A DNA stretch of 63,941 nucleotides, counting the filler, from Lenisia limosa (Eukaryota; Protista; Breviatea): the NCBI GenBank assembly GCA_001655205.1. It is 15 parts of 15 records of this genome, joined end to end, with 100 filler letters (N's around TTAATTAATTAA, not from the genome) between each part and the next. Parts side by side here need not be neighbours in the genome. Positions count along the whole stretch, not along the records: positions 9,645 to 13,596 come from LPNZ01000870.1; positions 13,697 to 14,913 come from LPNZ01005202.1; positions 15,014 to 18,480 come from LPNZ01008809.1; positions 18,581 to 29,260 come from LPNZ01010059.1; 11 more parts are not named here. One strand, 5' to 3'. Position numbers and translations under genes: made by a program. Position 1 is the first letter of the stretch; every line of letters begins with the position of its first letter. The notes beneath the pieces were generated by a model. The model worked only from the letters and a program-made list of their open reading frames with translations, did no database searches and was not told where the DNA came from. Positions 9,799 through 21,600 of the stretch are shown here, in pieces.

Positions 9799-12700
9799 CT
9801 TTCTGTGCGGCACCTGGTGGGAACCCGGAGCCTCTAATTGACCCGGTGACACAAGAAGGTTGGAGGTAATATCGTAACTTGCATCATATTTTTATTTGTC
9901 TTTTTGGGATCATAGAGAATCCCAAGTTGTGCTTCTCAACGTTGATAATATCGATATTTATCGACGATTGTCAAAAATTGAGACTTTTTTGGCACCTAAG
10001 GCTATGGTTTTTTTTTACTCATGAATTTTCCTTTTCCTCCCCACACCAAGTAGCTTTCACCGTTACAGACCTCAAAGCCACTAGTATTGCGTTTGGAGAG
10101 GGTGATAATGACTGGGCCGCTATTTCATGCGGTATGATGAGGTTTCATGCTGTATGATTAGAGTTTCACTTCGGTTCAAAAAAAGACTGAAATTCTCGAT
10201 GAATCTTCGATAAATATCGATATTTTAGTCTTTTTCGAACCGACGGGAAGCCCTAGGTATGATGGCGAACGGTGTGTGGGAGTGATGATTGGGGGTGATT
10301 GGGAATGGGGGGAGGTTTCTTTCCGGTACAAAAAAAGACCAGTTAACTATCAATGGTTACTGATCGAGGATTTATCAGTAAACTATCAATATTTGATCGA
10401 GGATTTATCGCGTAATATAGGCATATTTTGGGGATCAGAGTGACGCCTTAATGAGTTTAATATAAAAAGGGCTTTTGCTCCTATTACACAAAACTATCTT
10501 TTTGACCATTCCAGTTAACAATATCTGCTCAGGTATCAACTCTTCCATCGATGTAAGCCGAGGGAGAAAATTGTATACAGTGATCGCTATAAGCCCTGAC
10601 ACAGATTTTGAGCTTTATCCTTAGGGACTTATTCACTGACCGTGATTAGTCCTGACATGGATATTAAGCTATATATATACACTGACTATGATAAGTCCTG
10701 ACATGGATATGAAGCTATACACTGACTATGATAAGTCCTAACATGGATATTAAGCTATATACACTGACTGTGATAAGTCCTGACACAGCTCTTTATCTAT
10801 CATATGAGAGTGTATTTGAAACATTATTATTACAGCAGTTCTCAAAGCCCCCGTGAAAGTGTTTCATATCTCGATATCATGTTGTCGAGGAATTTACCTC
10901 TCCAGTTTGCCCCCAAGCGACTGTTCAGAATTCACAATGAAACTTTCGCTGTTAACGGTATGTTAATATTAGGACTTCATGCAGTTTTTTTACATCTTCT
11001 TAATCCTGAATTGTATTGTATTGTGATGATGGGCTGGTTTATCATCATACAGCATATCATATCATATCATTTATTTTCTTAAAGCTCATTTTTTTAGAGT
11101 CGGGACAGGTGTTTTCCAATTGCCATTTATGGTTTTGCGCTCACTCCAACGAAACACTTTCCCATGTCAGTAATGGGATTTCTGTAGTACGGTGCGTTTC
11201 ATTGCTAATCCTCTAGAGTCCCATAGAAGGCCTGCATGACGTCACCCACGCGGCTGTTCTACACGATCTTGTGATCGTTCTGAATGGTACTGACAATTGC
11301 AACCCCCTCCCCCTAGCCCTAAATCATTTCCTTCTAGCACCTCTCCCCGTTATATACTTCAAAGCCACCTCCCCCCATTCTATCCTTGACCGCCCATCAA
11401 TTTCGTTTAAAGATTTTCATGGTGTGGATGGCTTCGGCCAAATACAGCCTTGTTATATTTTCTCTTTCACATATAGTATATTAGAACATAATATCATATT
11501 CATGATTTTATCCTTGTAGCCTTTAACACCTTTAGGTAACGGGACTCTAATGTGTCTGAGCTCTGCCACGCGAACCTTCGGTACAATGTCTGACCTGGCG
11601 TTTTCGAAGCTCTTTAAAGTGCCTCAATATGATGCTTTCATTGCCCTATCACTGGACGGGGTGGTTGTTGGCTACAACATGTCTCAGACCGCTGTTCCGG
11701 GTTTCTTCTCAGACGATCTTGAGGTTGTGGGGAGGGGGGTACGAGGATAAATAGGGTATTTCCCGATAATTATCGATAAGCTATCGTTATCTCTATTTTA
11801 TATTAATATCGATATCTATTTAAAAAATATTATTATTAATTTCCACTGCGATGAACAAAATAAGTAAATTCTAATTAATAGCTATGAAGATTAATTGAAT
11901 GGAGCTCTACTACATGAGTTTTAAATCAGTGTTTTTCTTATGGTTGTACGTGCCTGGTGACGTACTATCTTTCTACTATATGACACTCTTTGATACATAT
12001 GTTATATACCTATCAAGGATTTATCGAGGATTTATCAAGGATTTATCAAGGGTTATCGAGGATTTATCGAGGATTTATCGAATATTATTTATTGAGAATT
12101 CAGTCTTTTTCCAAAAAGGAACATTTGCAATTTATCATCTTTTTTTTATGACAAGGTCTTATTATGTAGATTTGGACCCCCGTCTTCAATGACAGCGTTT
12201 TGGACGTGGGGTGGACGTATTCCTCGCTTCTTATTATGACTGGTGGGGTGGTGGTGGTCTTTTTCTTATTGACTGCTGGTCTTAATTAGTTCAGCCTGAA
12301 AAGGTGCTCATTCAACCCCCCCTCTCTCTCTCTCCTGATCTTACCTACCCACCCAGAATCAGCTCTGTATGCAACCGGCAACGGAGCTTCAAGACCTCTC
12401 AAATCCGTATACCACCGAAAACCTAGGTAGGCTTCTTTTTCTAGATATGTACAGTGACAGTGGCGCGAGTCTTCACCGATTTTCTGTATGATTAACGGAT
12501 GAAAATCGGTCAAGACTTTTCCCAGTCAGTGTACATATATAAGGCTTCTCCTCGGCGCAACGAAGATGGAGCGCCCAACCTGATACGATCATTTCATAAG
12601 CAAAAATGAACACTACTACAACACTATAAATATATTCTGTTCCCAAATAGGTCTCCGATTCTGCACTCTTTTTCTGATACGAACAGTTTTTATTATTATT

Positions 12701-13490
12701 ATTATTTGTGGAAAACAGATTTTGCGAAGTTAACAAGTTTTTTCCTCAACAGAAAACTCCAAATAAGGCTTTCACCCTTTACCAAACTTTGTTGGAGAGA
12801 GAAAGGTGTAACATCAGGTCACAATCAGGGAGACAAAAATATGACATACTTCTCTCCGTGAGTCAGGTTTTATTCTATAGACTTGAAACGGTGCGACTGA
12901 TGACAAATGAGACATTCGACCCTCTTTCCACATCTCTGTTTGCCACCCCCGATTTGGTCCTCTTTTCAAACAGCAACAATGGTTGGTTGATACAGTAGAA
13001 CTTCGGAGCAATATACAGTGACCGCTATGAGTACTTATCGATTTGGTGATTCTCATTTTCTTTTTGTTTCATACAGTTTCCGTTTTTACACCCTCAGAGG
13101 TGATGATGATGGCCGACCCAAGGGTTCCCATAAACAACACGGCTGGAAACCCCCCTCCAGCGTCTTCGGAGCAGGATCATGAGTTTGATCAAGGCTATCA
13201 GTGGGGGGGATTGATGAAACAAAACAAAAAATAATTGAACAAGAGAAATTATAATTACAGTAGAGGAAAAAAAATAAAGGAAAAAATAATGACTCTAAGG
13301 GGTACAGCATGATTATGCGTATGCGGGTCATTATTTCTATGTGGCCGTTTTTTTTTTATCATTCTGGCAAATTAAATTGATCGTTTAGTCTGGTTGGGAT
13401 TCGAACAATCAAAAACCCCGACCCATACTCTGTGACAATGGTGTTTGCCCAGAATAATGAGGGGCAAAAGAAGCTCTATATCTCAGGTAC
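9799..13490 (+). CDS. Hypothetical multi-exon protein
   Basis: About 12 GT-AG exons, e.g. FCAAPGGNPEPLIDPVTQE; FTVTDLKATSIAFGEGDNDWAAISC; FAPKRLFRIHNETFAVN; SPIEGLHDVTHAAVLHDLVIVLN; GNGTLMCLSSATRTFGTMSDLAFSKLFKVPQYDAFIALSLDG. No family recognised. Confidence 0.6.
10159..10255. mobile_element. hAT-type MITE (family 1)
   Basis: TAGAGTTTCACTTCGGTTCAAAAAAAGAC...GAACCGACGGGAAGCCCTA; TSD TGTATGAT/GGTATGAT (7/8). Confidence 0.88.
10575..10792. repeat. Minisatellite of ~40-nt units related to the family-2 MITE terminus
   Basis: Units TACACTGACT(A/G)TGATAAGTCCT(G/A)ACATGGATATTAAGCTA, about 4 copies, preceded by TACAGTGATCGCTATAAGCCCTGAC. Confidence 0.75.
12008..12115. repeat. Family-1 MITE interior with expanded (GAGGATTTATC)n
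   Basis: About 6 tandem copies of the 11-mer followed by GAGAATTCAGTCTTTTT. Confidence 0.75.
12450..12533. mobile_element. Family-2 MITE
   Basis: TACAGTGACAGTGG...GTCTTCACCGATTTTC...GAAAATCGGTCAAGACTTTTCCCAGTCAGTGTA. Confidence 0.7.
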
Positions 13491-13919
13491 TAGGTGCTTC
13501 ATATCGTTTCCACTGATTTCTAACAACATTTCTCCGCTCATAAAAATATTATAATTTTCTTTTCAACAAGCCCACCCAGTATAAATCCATTTTCACNNNN
13601 NNNNNNNNNNNNNNNNNNNNNNNNNNNNNNNNNNNNNNNNTTAATTAATTAANNNNNNNNNNNNNNNNNNNNNNNNNNNNNNNNNNNNNNNNNNNNAAAC
13701 CGTTTACATTCGGTGCACCCGCAGTTGCAGCCTGAGGGGGATAAGTCGTTGACAATCAAATTTTCATTTTTCGAGAGCGCTTTTCAACACCCCCCAAAAA
13801 GAAACAATCTATCCTTGCCACACTATGGTGTATTAACTTGGGATTCTGAAGAAAAGCTGGATTGAAAGAGTTTGCATGGATTGCTCTCTTGCTTTCAAAA
13901 CAACTGCTTTTATCACAGT

Positions 13920-14572
13920 AAATAAAATCACGCTGGTTACACTAGGCTTTGTCTATTTTTTTTGAATAATCTGAATCCCATGATGAATACGGAAAGGAAT
14001 CCCAAAGCCTGCATCACCCCTCTCCAATCTACCATTCTAACGCGAGTGAACCGAATGTAAAACAGTTGTGGGGGTGGGGGTGGCAAAATTGGAAAATTTA
14101 TGAAACAAGGGGGTAGAGGGTGGAATAGGTTTTATGTGTGTGTTTTTGTTTGTACCCCCCACCCCCGCAACCTCCAAGCGATCCTTGCCGTCATGTCCCC
14201 AGGCCCCGGCAGTCCAGGGTGCAAGGCTTTCGGCAGTGCTCAGGTTCGACCCTCGTTTGGAGATTGCTCTATGGGCCAAACTATGTCTGGGCAGGAGTAA
14301 AACGAAGAAAATTTTGATGAATAGTGGCGAAAAGGTACTAATCACGAACGGTTACATATTTTTTTTGTGATATAAGACGATGTAAGAAAATTTTGGTCTG
14401 GGTAGGGGAGTAAAGAAGCCAAAATCAACTCTGTTGGCAAGACCCATTTGAACGTTCCACATAGTATCCCATTAAAAGTCCAGGTACACATCCCACCTGG
14501 TTGTAACGGCTTCACCACCGATCACAGCCACACCCGCAAGCCAAGGACACTTTCGACCACAAACAGTCAGGA
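13920..14572 (-). CDS. Gene fragment (unknown; possibly a downstream part of the kinesin gene)
   Basis: In-phase exons DLLTVCGRKCPWLAGVAVIGGEAVTTR|HSLAHRAISKRGSNLSTAESLAPWTAGAWGHDGKDRLE; terminal exon frame uncertain. Confidence 0.45.
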
Positions 14573-15473
14573 GATCCTTAGAGAAATAAGGGGAGGGGGT
14601 AACAAGTGTTATTTTCAAAAAAAAAGTCTCCAAGTTTCCTTTAAAGGCAATTTCAAATATTAAGTTTCCTCATAAGGCAATTTGTCAACCTACGGCGAGG
14701 ATTGGCGGGGACGAATAGAAGTCTCCGGAGCCCTTAAAATAAAAAAAAGTTTTTTTTTTTAAAAAAAAAGTCAAAAATAATACAAAAGAGAATCAATCGA
14801 AGAAAAAAGACACAAACACAAACATATACTAGATATCATATGTACTCTATATATCATATTATATGCATAGTACATCATATCATATACTATAGTACCACAC
14901 ACACATATACATANNNNNNNNNNNNNNNNNNNNNNNNNNNNNNNNNNNNNNNNNNNNTTAATTAATTAANNNNNNNNNNNNNNNNNNNNNNNNNNNNNNN
15001 NNNNNNNNNNNNNAAAAAAAAAAACAATGGTTTATGATCTATATATTAGTAGTATATAATATAATATCGATTGATATAATATAATATCTAGAAATGAGAA
15101 ATGTAAAAGGTTGCATCTGGCCGAAGCCGTCCACAAATATGAGATTGTTGTAAATATTAATCCCCCAATCATTTGCCTAACAACTCTGTGCACACAGCTC
15201 TCCCAATTCATGATTACTGATGGGAAGATATACAAAATGAAACACAACAAGTATTCGTTTCCTAATGGGAGGAAACAAGAAGTAAAAAAAGGGAGTATTT
15301 ATAATACAGAAGCCNNNNNNNNNNNNNNNNNNNNNNNNNNNNNNNNNNNNNNNNNNNNNNNNNNNNNNNNNNNNNNNNNNNNNNNNNNNNNNNNNNNNNN
15401 NNNNNNNNNNNNNNNNNNNNNNNNNNNNNNNNNNNNNNNCAACAAAAACACGGAAAAACCCGTCACCTACAGA

Positions 15474-15573
15474 TAGGGCTTCACTTCGGTTCGAAAAAAG
15501 ACTACTTTTCTCGAAAAATCTTCGAAAATTACCGATATTATACCGGAATTTTTCGAACAGAAGTGAAGCCCTA
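15474..15573. mobile_element. hAT-type MITE (family 1)
   Basis: TAGGGCTTCACTTCGGTTCGAAAAAAGAC...CGAACAGAAGTGAAGCCCTA. Confidence 0.88.
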
Positions 15574-15599
15574 CCTAATCAACGGCCACCCCTCCCCAC

Positions 15600-17889
15600 C
15601 TTTGTTTGCAAGGTTCTTCTTTCGCTCCTCAGCATACGCCTCGGACATACGCTGCTTCTCTTCCCAGGTCTAAAGAATAAAGGAAAGGTAAAGATCTTTC
15701 GATGATTAAAATAATAATGACGATGATAGTGAGAGATAATGGTGGTAGTAGTAATGATGTAATGGAAGTGATGATGGTGGACACTTCTACACTACAGCTC
15801 CCTTTGGTGAGTTACCCTCCTCAATGTACACTTAATCACCTCCCCCCCCACCTGGGCTTTGGCACTCTCCAACGCATTGATCATGGACTCCATTTCCTTC
15901 ATACGTCCAACATCCATTGTACCTGAGGCAGCGTCCTGTGGGTTTGCAGTAAATTACTGTAAACAGAAGGGTGACAATAACGCAACCCGTGTGCATTTGT
16001 TTGATAATTAATAAAAAGATAGCAAATGCATATGCTATGTAATTCTCCCCCCCCCCCCNNNNNNNNNNNNNNNNNNNNNNNNNNNNNNNNNNNNNNNNNN
16101 NNNNNNNNNNNNNNNNNNNNNNNNNNNNNNNNNNNNNNNNNNNNNNNNNNNNNNNNNNNNNNNNCGAATGAGTCTATTGTGGTGAGTGGGGGTGGAAATG
16201 GAGTTCTATTTTGGAGAGTGAGATCTGAGGCTCCATCGAAGAAAACTGTTTGCTTCATATCCATGTTTACAGGGCTTACACCACATCACTAACCCCCTTC
16301 TCAATCATACAACACAATTAACACCACCATTACTCCCAACAGGACAGTTCACCCCCCCACCTTGTATTTTCATCTTCATTCTTTTTGGAGACGTTGGTAA
16401 TGTTTTTAGCACGGTTGGCATACTGGATAGACATAAGAAAAAGCCGAAGCCGTCCACAGAGGGGTTCACTCCGGTCCCAGAAAGACCGGTAAAATATCGA
16501 TACTTATCAAGGATTTTTATAATTCAGTCTTTTTCTGTACCAAAATGAAGCCGTACATCCAACCCAATAATAGTTATATGGGGAGGACATCGAGGTGCAC
16601 TCTTCCATGGCTTCACATAGGTACGAAAAATGACTAAATTTCTCGAAAAATCCTCGAAAACCATCGATATTGTACTGGTCTTCATCAAAGTGAAGCCCTA
16701 ACTTTACCACCACATACCTGGAGAGTGGAGAGAGTTTCGTCAAAGTTCAACGCAGAGGGAGAGAGAGTAGCAAGCATCACCGTCAGCGTATTACCACCTA
16801 TTGTGGAAATGAGAAACGAGAAAAGGAATCTGCGAAAGAAAGCACCTCTCTTCCCCCGATACTACAAATGAAAGAAAATTGGAAAGTTTATGAAACATGG
16901 GGGAAACACTTTTTTCTCAATGATACACCATCCCACAAACCAAGGGATTCCTGGAGAATACGAGTGAGCTGCGAATCTCGATAGGGGATATGTTTCGGCT
17001 GTTTGTGTTTCGGAAGGGCCAGTTTGTTGATAACATTACCTAGGTGGTGAGTGGGGAGTAAAACGAAGAACATTTCGATGAAGAATATTGGCGTAAAGAT
17101 ACTAATCTCTAACTGAATAATCTGAAACTCCAAACAAAAAAAACAAAAAAAAAACAAGCAAACTGGACAAAAACCAGATGACAAAAACAGAAAACATGGT
17201 GAGTGGGGGTAAAAATGGTCCATTAGGGTTGAAAATAACAAAACAAAGCCCAGGTGAGTCGCTCCTGCAGCCTAGGGAGGGGGGAGGGGGAGTGACAACG
17301 GCTCAATCAAATTATTCAAATAAGCAATATCTGACCGAAGCCGTCCATTCAATCTCGCCTACACACCATATTGAATATTTACTGCTCGTGATAAGTCCTA
17401 ACAACAGGACTTATCACGATCAGTGCCCATCTTTCACTGTACCATTCCGTCCTTCCCAGCATACCCAGAGCGGAAAGACTCTTGTTGATAGCCGCGCCCT
17501 CCTTCAGCGTTTCGCCAACTGCTCCAGTGGAAGAGGCTCGCTCCGATCCTGGGGGGTGTAAACATAGGAAAATTCGATTAAGAATATTGGCATAAAGACG
17601 CAATAAACTTGTGAGATTAATTACCAAAAATTAGGTGGGGGGGGGGGGGNNNNNNNNNNNNNNNNNNNNNNNNNNNNNNNNNNNNNNNNNNNNNNNNNNN
17701 NNNNNNNNNNNNNNNNNNNNNNNNNNNNNNNNNNNNNNNNNNNNNNNNNNNNNNNNNNNNNNNNNNNNNNNNNNNNNNNNCCGTCAAGATCCGACTCATC
17801 CTTCTGTTCAAGCCGGATGGTGAAGACGGAGTGCGACCGAGATGACGTGTTATTCATCTTGGTGGCCGCTACCTGCCGCACTTTATTAC
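15600..17889 (-). CDS. Kinesin-3 family motor (C-terminal half of motor domain plus neck coiled coil), partial
   Basis: Exons GNKVRQVAATKMNNTSSRSHSVFTI (switch I); GSERASSTGAVGETLKEGAAINKSLSALG; NVINKLA...HIPYRDSQLTRILQESLG; GNTLTVMLATLSPSALNFDETLSTLQ; TWEEKQRMSEAYAEERKKNL. The TWEEK motif is typical of kinesin-3. Confidence 0.93.
16459..16700. mobile_element. Two adjacent family-1 MITEs in opposite orientation (16459-16556, 16608-16700)
   Basis: Both show degenerate GGCTTCAC...GTGAAGCC termini and the CGATAT/GAGGATTT interior; located in a kinesin intron. Confidence 0.7.
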
Positions 17890-18580
17890 CTAAGGGTTGA
17901 GTGATATTGAGATGAGCTATAAATCATGGTTGAATCTGGGCGAAGCCGTTCATACCATCACACTTATAAGAGATATTGGATTAATATAGGATCATATATA
18001 CATAGATATATTATAATATTGCCCAATTATCATAACTACACACGGACCGCGATTAAGCCCAAAAGACACATCTCACTATTAGTGTCAGGACTTACAGCAG
18101 TCAGTATACATATAGACATGGTATTGTATATAGAATCAAGAGAAAATGGTCCTCCTAGCAAAGCCTTCAACCATTACGTGATTAATACTCGATACTGAAA
18201 GTACACACGATAAATCACCAAAAAATATACACTACGTAGCAATGAGAAATAAAAAAAAACTAGGCAGTATCTGGCCAAAGCCGCCCACACCATCACGCCT
18301 ATACTGAAATAGTATCATATTTCTTCACTCAAACTTTTGCCTTACAACTCTGTGTACATAGCTTTCTGCGTACCTCCCCAGCATTACGAAAAATATCAAT
18401 ATTTAACATGCCTTTTGGAACAGAGCCACCCTCCCCTCTTGATTTTAGTTTCAATATTTACTGCAACCCCCCCCCCCCCCNNNNNNNNNNNNNNNNNNNN
18501 NNNNNNNNNNNNNNNNNNNNNNNNTTAATTAATTAANNNNNNNNNNNNNNNNNNNNNNNNNNNNNNNNNNNNNNNNNNNN

Positions 18581-20292
18581 ATCGTCATCCGAGAACTCAG
18601 CGTCATCGTCGGCATTGAAGAGAGACTTACGGACCATGTTCATAGCCTGTTGATGGAGGAGATCTTGAGGGCCATAAGGTGAGTTGAGGGTGAAAGAACA
18701 CTCGAAAACAAAAACTTTCTCCTCTAAAAACTCAATAAATAAAATACCCAGATGAGGTACCTTGTCACAGAAACTTCCTGCACAAATTAGCACACAAGGA
18801 ATAAAACTATCAAAACAAATAACTGGCGTTTACCAACCTTTCCGGCCAAGTCTGGTACCCCAAGAACTGAACGAGCTGGTCCGTGTAAAACATTACGCTT
18901 ATAATCAACCTGAAAAGAGTTAAAACTCTCGACCAACCAAAGCAAGACTTACAATGCCATTCTCGTTGGTACTCACGGTCAAGAAAGACAGCAGTAGTGG
19001 AAGCGTCGTTGGCGTCAATTTTAAAGTCTGAAATTGTTATTCTTACTCAAGGTCAGAATAAATGAGGGGAAAGAGAAAAGAGAAAACCAATTTGGACACA
19101 CTTTTATATTGAGATTTACTTTTCGAGATGATATCAAAGAATAGTATTGACAACCAAGAACTTATTACCCCTTTTTACCCCCCCCCCCNNNNNNNNNNNN
19201 NNNNNNNNNNNNNNNNNNNNNNNNNNNNNNNNNNNNNNNGATACCTAGTTGAAGGCGGTGCTTCGCGTGAATACGCTTGGCGATGAACTTGAGGATCTGA
19301 ACATAATAAATTAATATGGTTGATTCACAATCAAGAATTAATCAAGTGGTACAACAGAATTAGCGGACTCGATGTTCGACGAAACAGTGCTCAGCCCCGG
19401 AGCATCAAGAGCCTTTGCGGAGAGCTTGGTGGCAACAACATGCTCAGTGTCCTTGGCGTCATCCTTGCGGTCCATGGTGATATGGGCAATAATCTGTCCT
19501 TGTGGAACATGAAGGTGATCGCGTCAAGGCTGTTGTAACCCATGGACTAAAACAGTTGACTGTGTATGAATAAAACACGAAGTTTTGAAACAATGAAAAC
19601 AAATTCAAATCTACAAGAAGAAATACAAAAGAGTTGATGAAAACAATATTGTACAAATAAACAACAGGTTTCTACATATTCTACAATACCTTAGAGTAGC
19701 GAGTGTCAGCGCTGAAAACGATCTTGGGACCTTCGAGTTGGTAAATCTCTTGACGAATTATCTCCAGCATCTTGTTGTACTACTAAGATAGTAAACCTCC
19801 ACCACACCATATTGCTAATAGGCTTGAACATTGATAATATGATGCATTGTGCTCTCGGATGTGGTCTCGTCAGCGGGCTTGCAAATGTTGCCAAGAGCAG
19901 CGGCCTTGACCAGGAGTTCCGGAGAAACATGCAGAAAGGGTGTTGGTCCTTCAAGGTGATAACAATAAAAAAAAAATGGAAACATGTTAACAAAAACATT
20001 TCAAAAACAAAAATTCTCCATCATACTTGGTGGGAGGGAGGTCGTTGACGGAAATTGAGGTTCTGGGCGCGAAGATCTTTCTTAACGGAAGACTCAACAG
20101 CGGCATTTCTGATTGAGTGACTTCTCACGATCGAAGTAGGCGTCTTCTTAGTAATAGGATCAGCAAGAGAAAGGGGAGGCAGAACTGGGGTGGGAGTTTT
20201 CTCGATCTCTTTCTGATCATGTCAGGAGGAAAAGGGAAACATGAAAGAACTTACCATTTGGGCCAGAAACTCATCCTTGCTGCAGAATTCCA
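18581..20292 (-). CDS. Hypothetical multi-exon protein
   Basis: Exons RPTPFLHVSPELLVKAAALGNICKPADE; YNKMLEIIRQEIYQLEGPKIVFSADTRYSK; IIAHITMDRKDDAKDTEHVVATKLSAKALD; ILKFIAKRIHAKHRLQL; DFKIDANDASTTAVFLDR; LIISVMFYTDQLVQFLGYQTWPE. Start uncertain. Confidence 0.6.
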
Positions 20293-20350
20293 TTTGTTAA
20301 ACAGATGGAAGGCTCTAGAGGTTATTTTAATGATGAGACAAGCTCACAAT

Positions 20351-21600
20351 TTAAAACTTAATGCAGCATTTGGTGCATCCCTGCCCGTTTACGATCTTTC
20401 GTGAACATCCACGCTCAATTTCGCCACTTCGAGAGTATCTATACACAGGGGCAGAACGACAAGAAGTCTTTGACTTTCCCTTTCTGGGCTGCTGTTCCAT
20501 TAGCTCAAGTACGTTATTCTGACAAAAAAGAAAGAAAAAAAGAAGAAAAAAATAGTTACACCAGTATACGAACGCTGTTACTTCCGACCGGATATTGGGA
20601 TGTATGCGAGTTTTCCTTTCTTCTTCTTCAGTGTCCTTCCAATATTTACAATTTCTGACTGGATGTCCTTTAAACGTGGTACTACCATAGTGCCAGTGTA
20701 AGGTCACATTTGGTTATATTTTCAATATTTTTACAGATTTAAAAAGCGTAATGTTCAAGTAAAATGATTGCACACATTGAGAGTCCTCCTCTCATAGCCA
20801 CTCACTTTCAAGGAAAAACAGCCGATCATTAAATAGAACTTCAATAAAAGCCAATATTGAGTCTTGTAAGCAAGAATTCAAAAAAGGAGTGTCATTCCCA
20901 CAGCTGATAATTAATAAACATAAAATAAAACATTTGGTTTAAAGTACAAAAAATTGTATTAAACGAGGAAGCGACCACAGAATTATAATCCCACCCTTTT
21001 TTCAACACTGTCCTTATTAAAAGCAGCCCTCTTTTTAGAGCCAAAAGTTAAGAAAAACATCAACTTCCTTCCAAATCGAATGATCCACCTTTAGACTCAA
21101 ACATTTCGAAAATTCAGAACACAGTAAAGAAAAAAAGTGTTCTTTAGCTGAACTCCATGTATTTCAATAATTACAAGAACTACACCAACTTTGAGTGAAA
21201 GTCAACAAGTTTTTGGTACTCTTCAGAAAACAGTAAAGAATTCACAAGATCAAGACTCAGATTCATTTTTGGTTGGTAAGAAATGCCGGACAGACGAAAA
21301 ACACCGATTATAACACCGATTATAGTGCGGCTCCCACCTTGTTATCCTGCTCCAATTGTCCTGTTCTCTCGATTACAGTTCTTGGCAAGTTTCTTGGTGT
21401 ATTTTGCTGTATTCTGTATTTGACACCTTTTGCTATGGGGTAGTAGAATATATTATATCTGGGGACGTCAACCTGGTATATTTGCAGGTTCCAGCCACAA
21501 TCATGTATCGTGGAAACTTGATCAAATGGCTGAGGATTTGAGCAATGACCAAAATCGCGTAAGCTTTCATTGTCACTTGAAATGAAAAAATAATGTGTAT
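20351..21600 (-). CDS. Possible gene or relic with a Cys-rich C-terminus
   Basis: Exon-like frames LRDFGHCSNPQPFDQVSTIHDCGWNLQIYQ..., KGHPVRNCKYWKD... and NNVLELMEQQPRKG...GCSRKIVNGQGCTKCCIKF*. Confidence 0.3.

Noticed and set aside
10575-10792. CRISPR-like array
   Set aside because: Whole units repeat with no unique spacers, the context is a eukaryotic intron, and no cas genes are present.
18581-20292. Mutator-like transposase guess from IVFSADTRYSK
   Set aside because: No convincing downstream catalytic motifs or TIRs; left as hypothetical.
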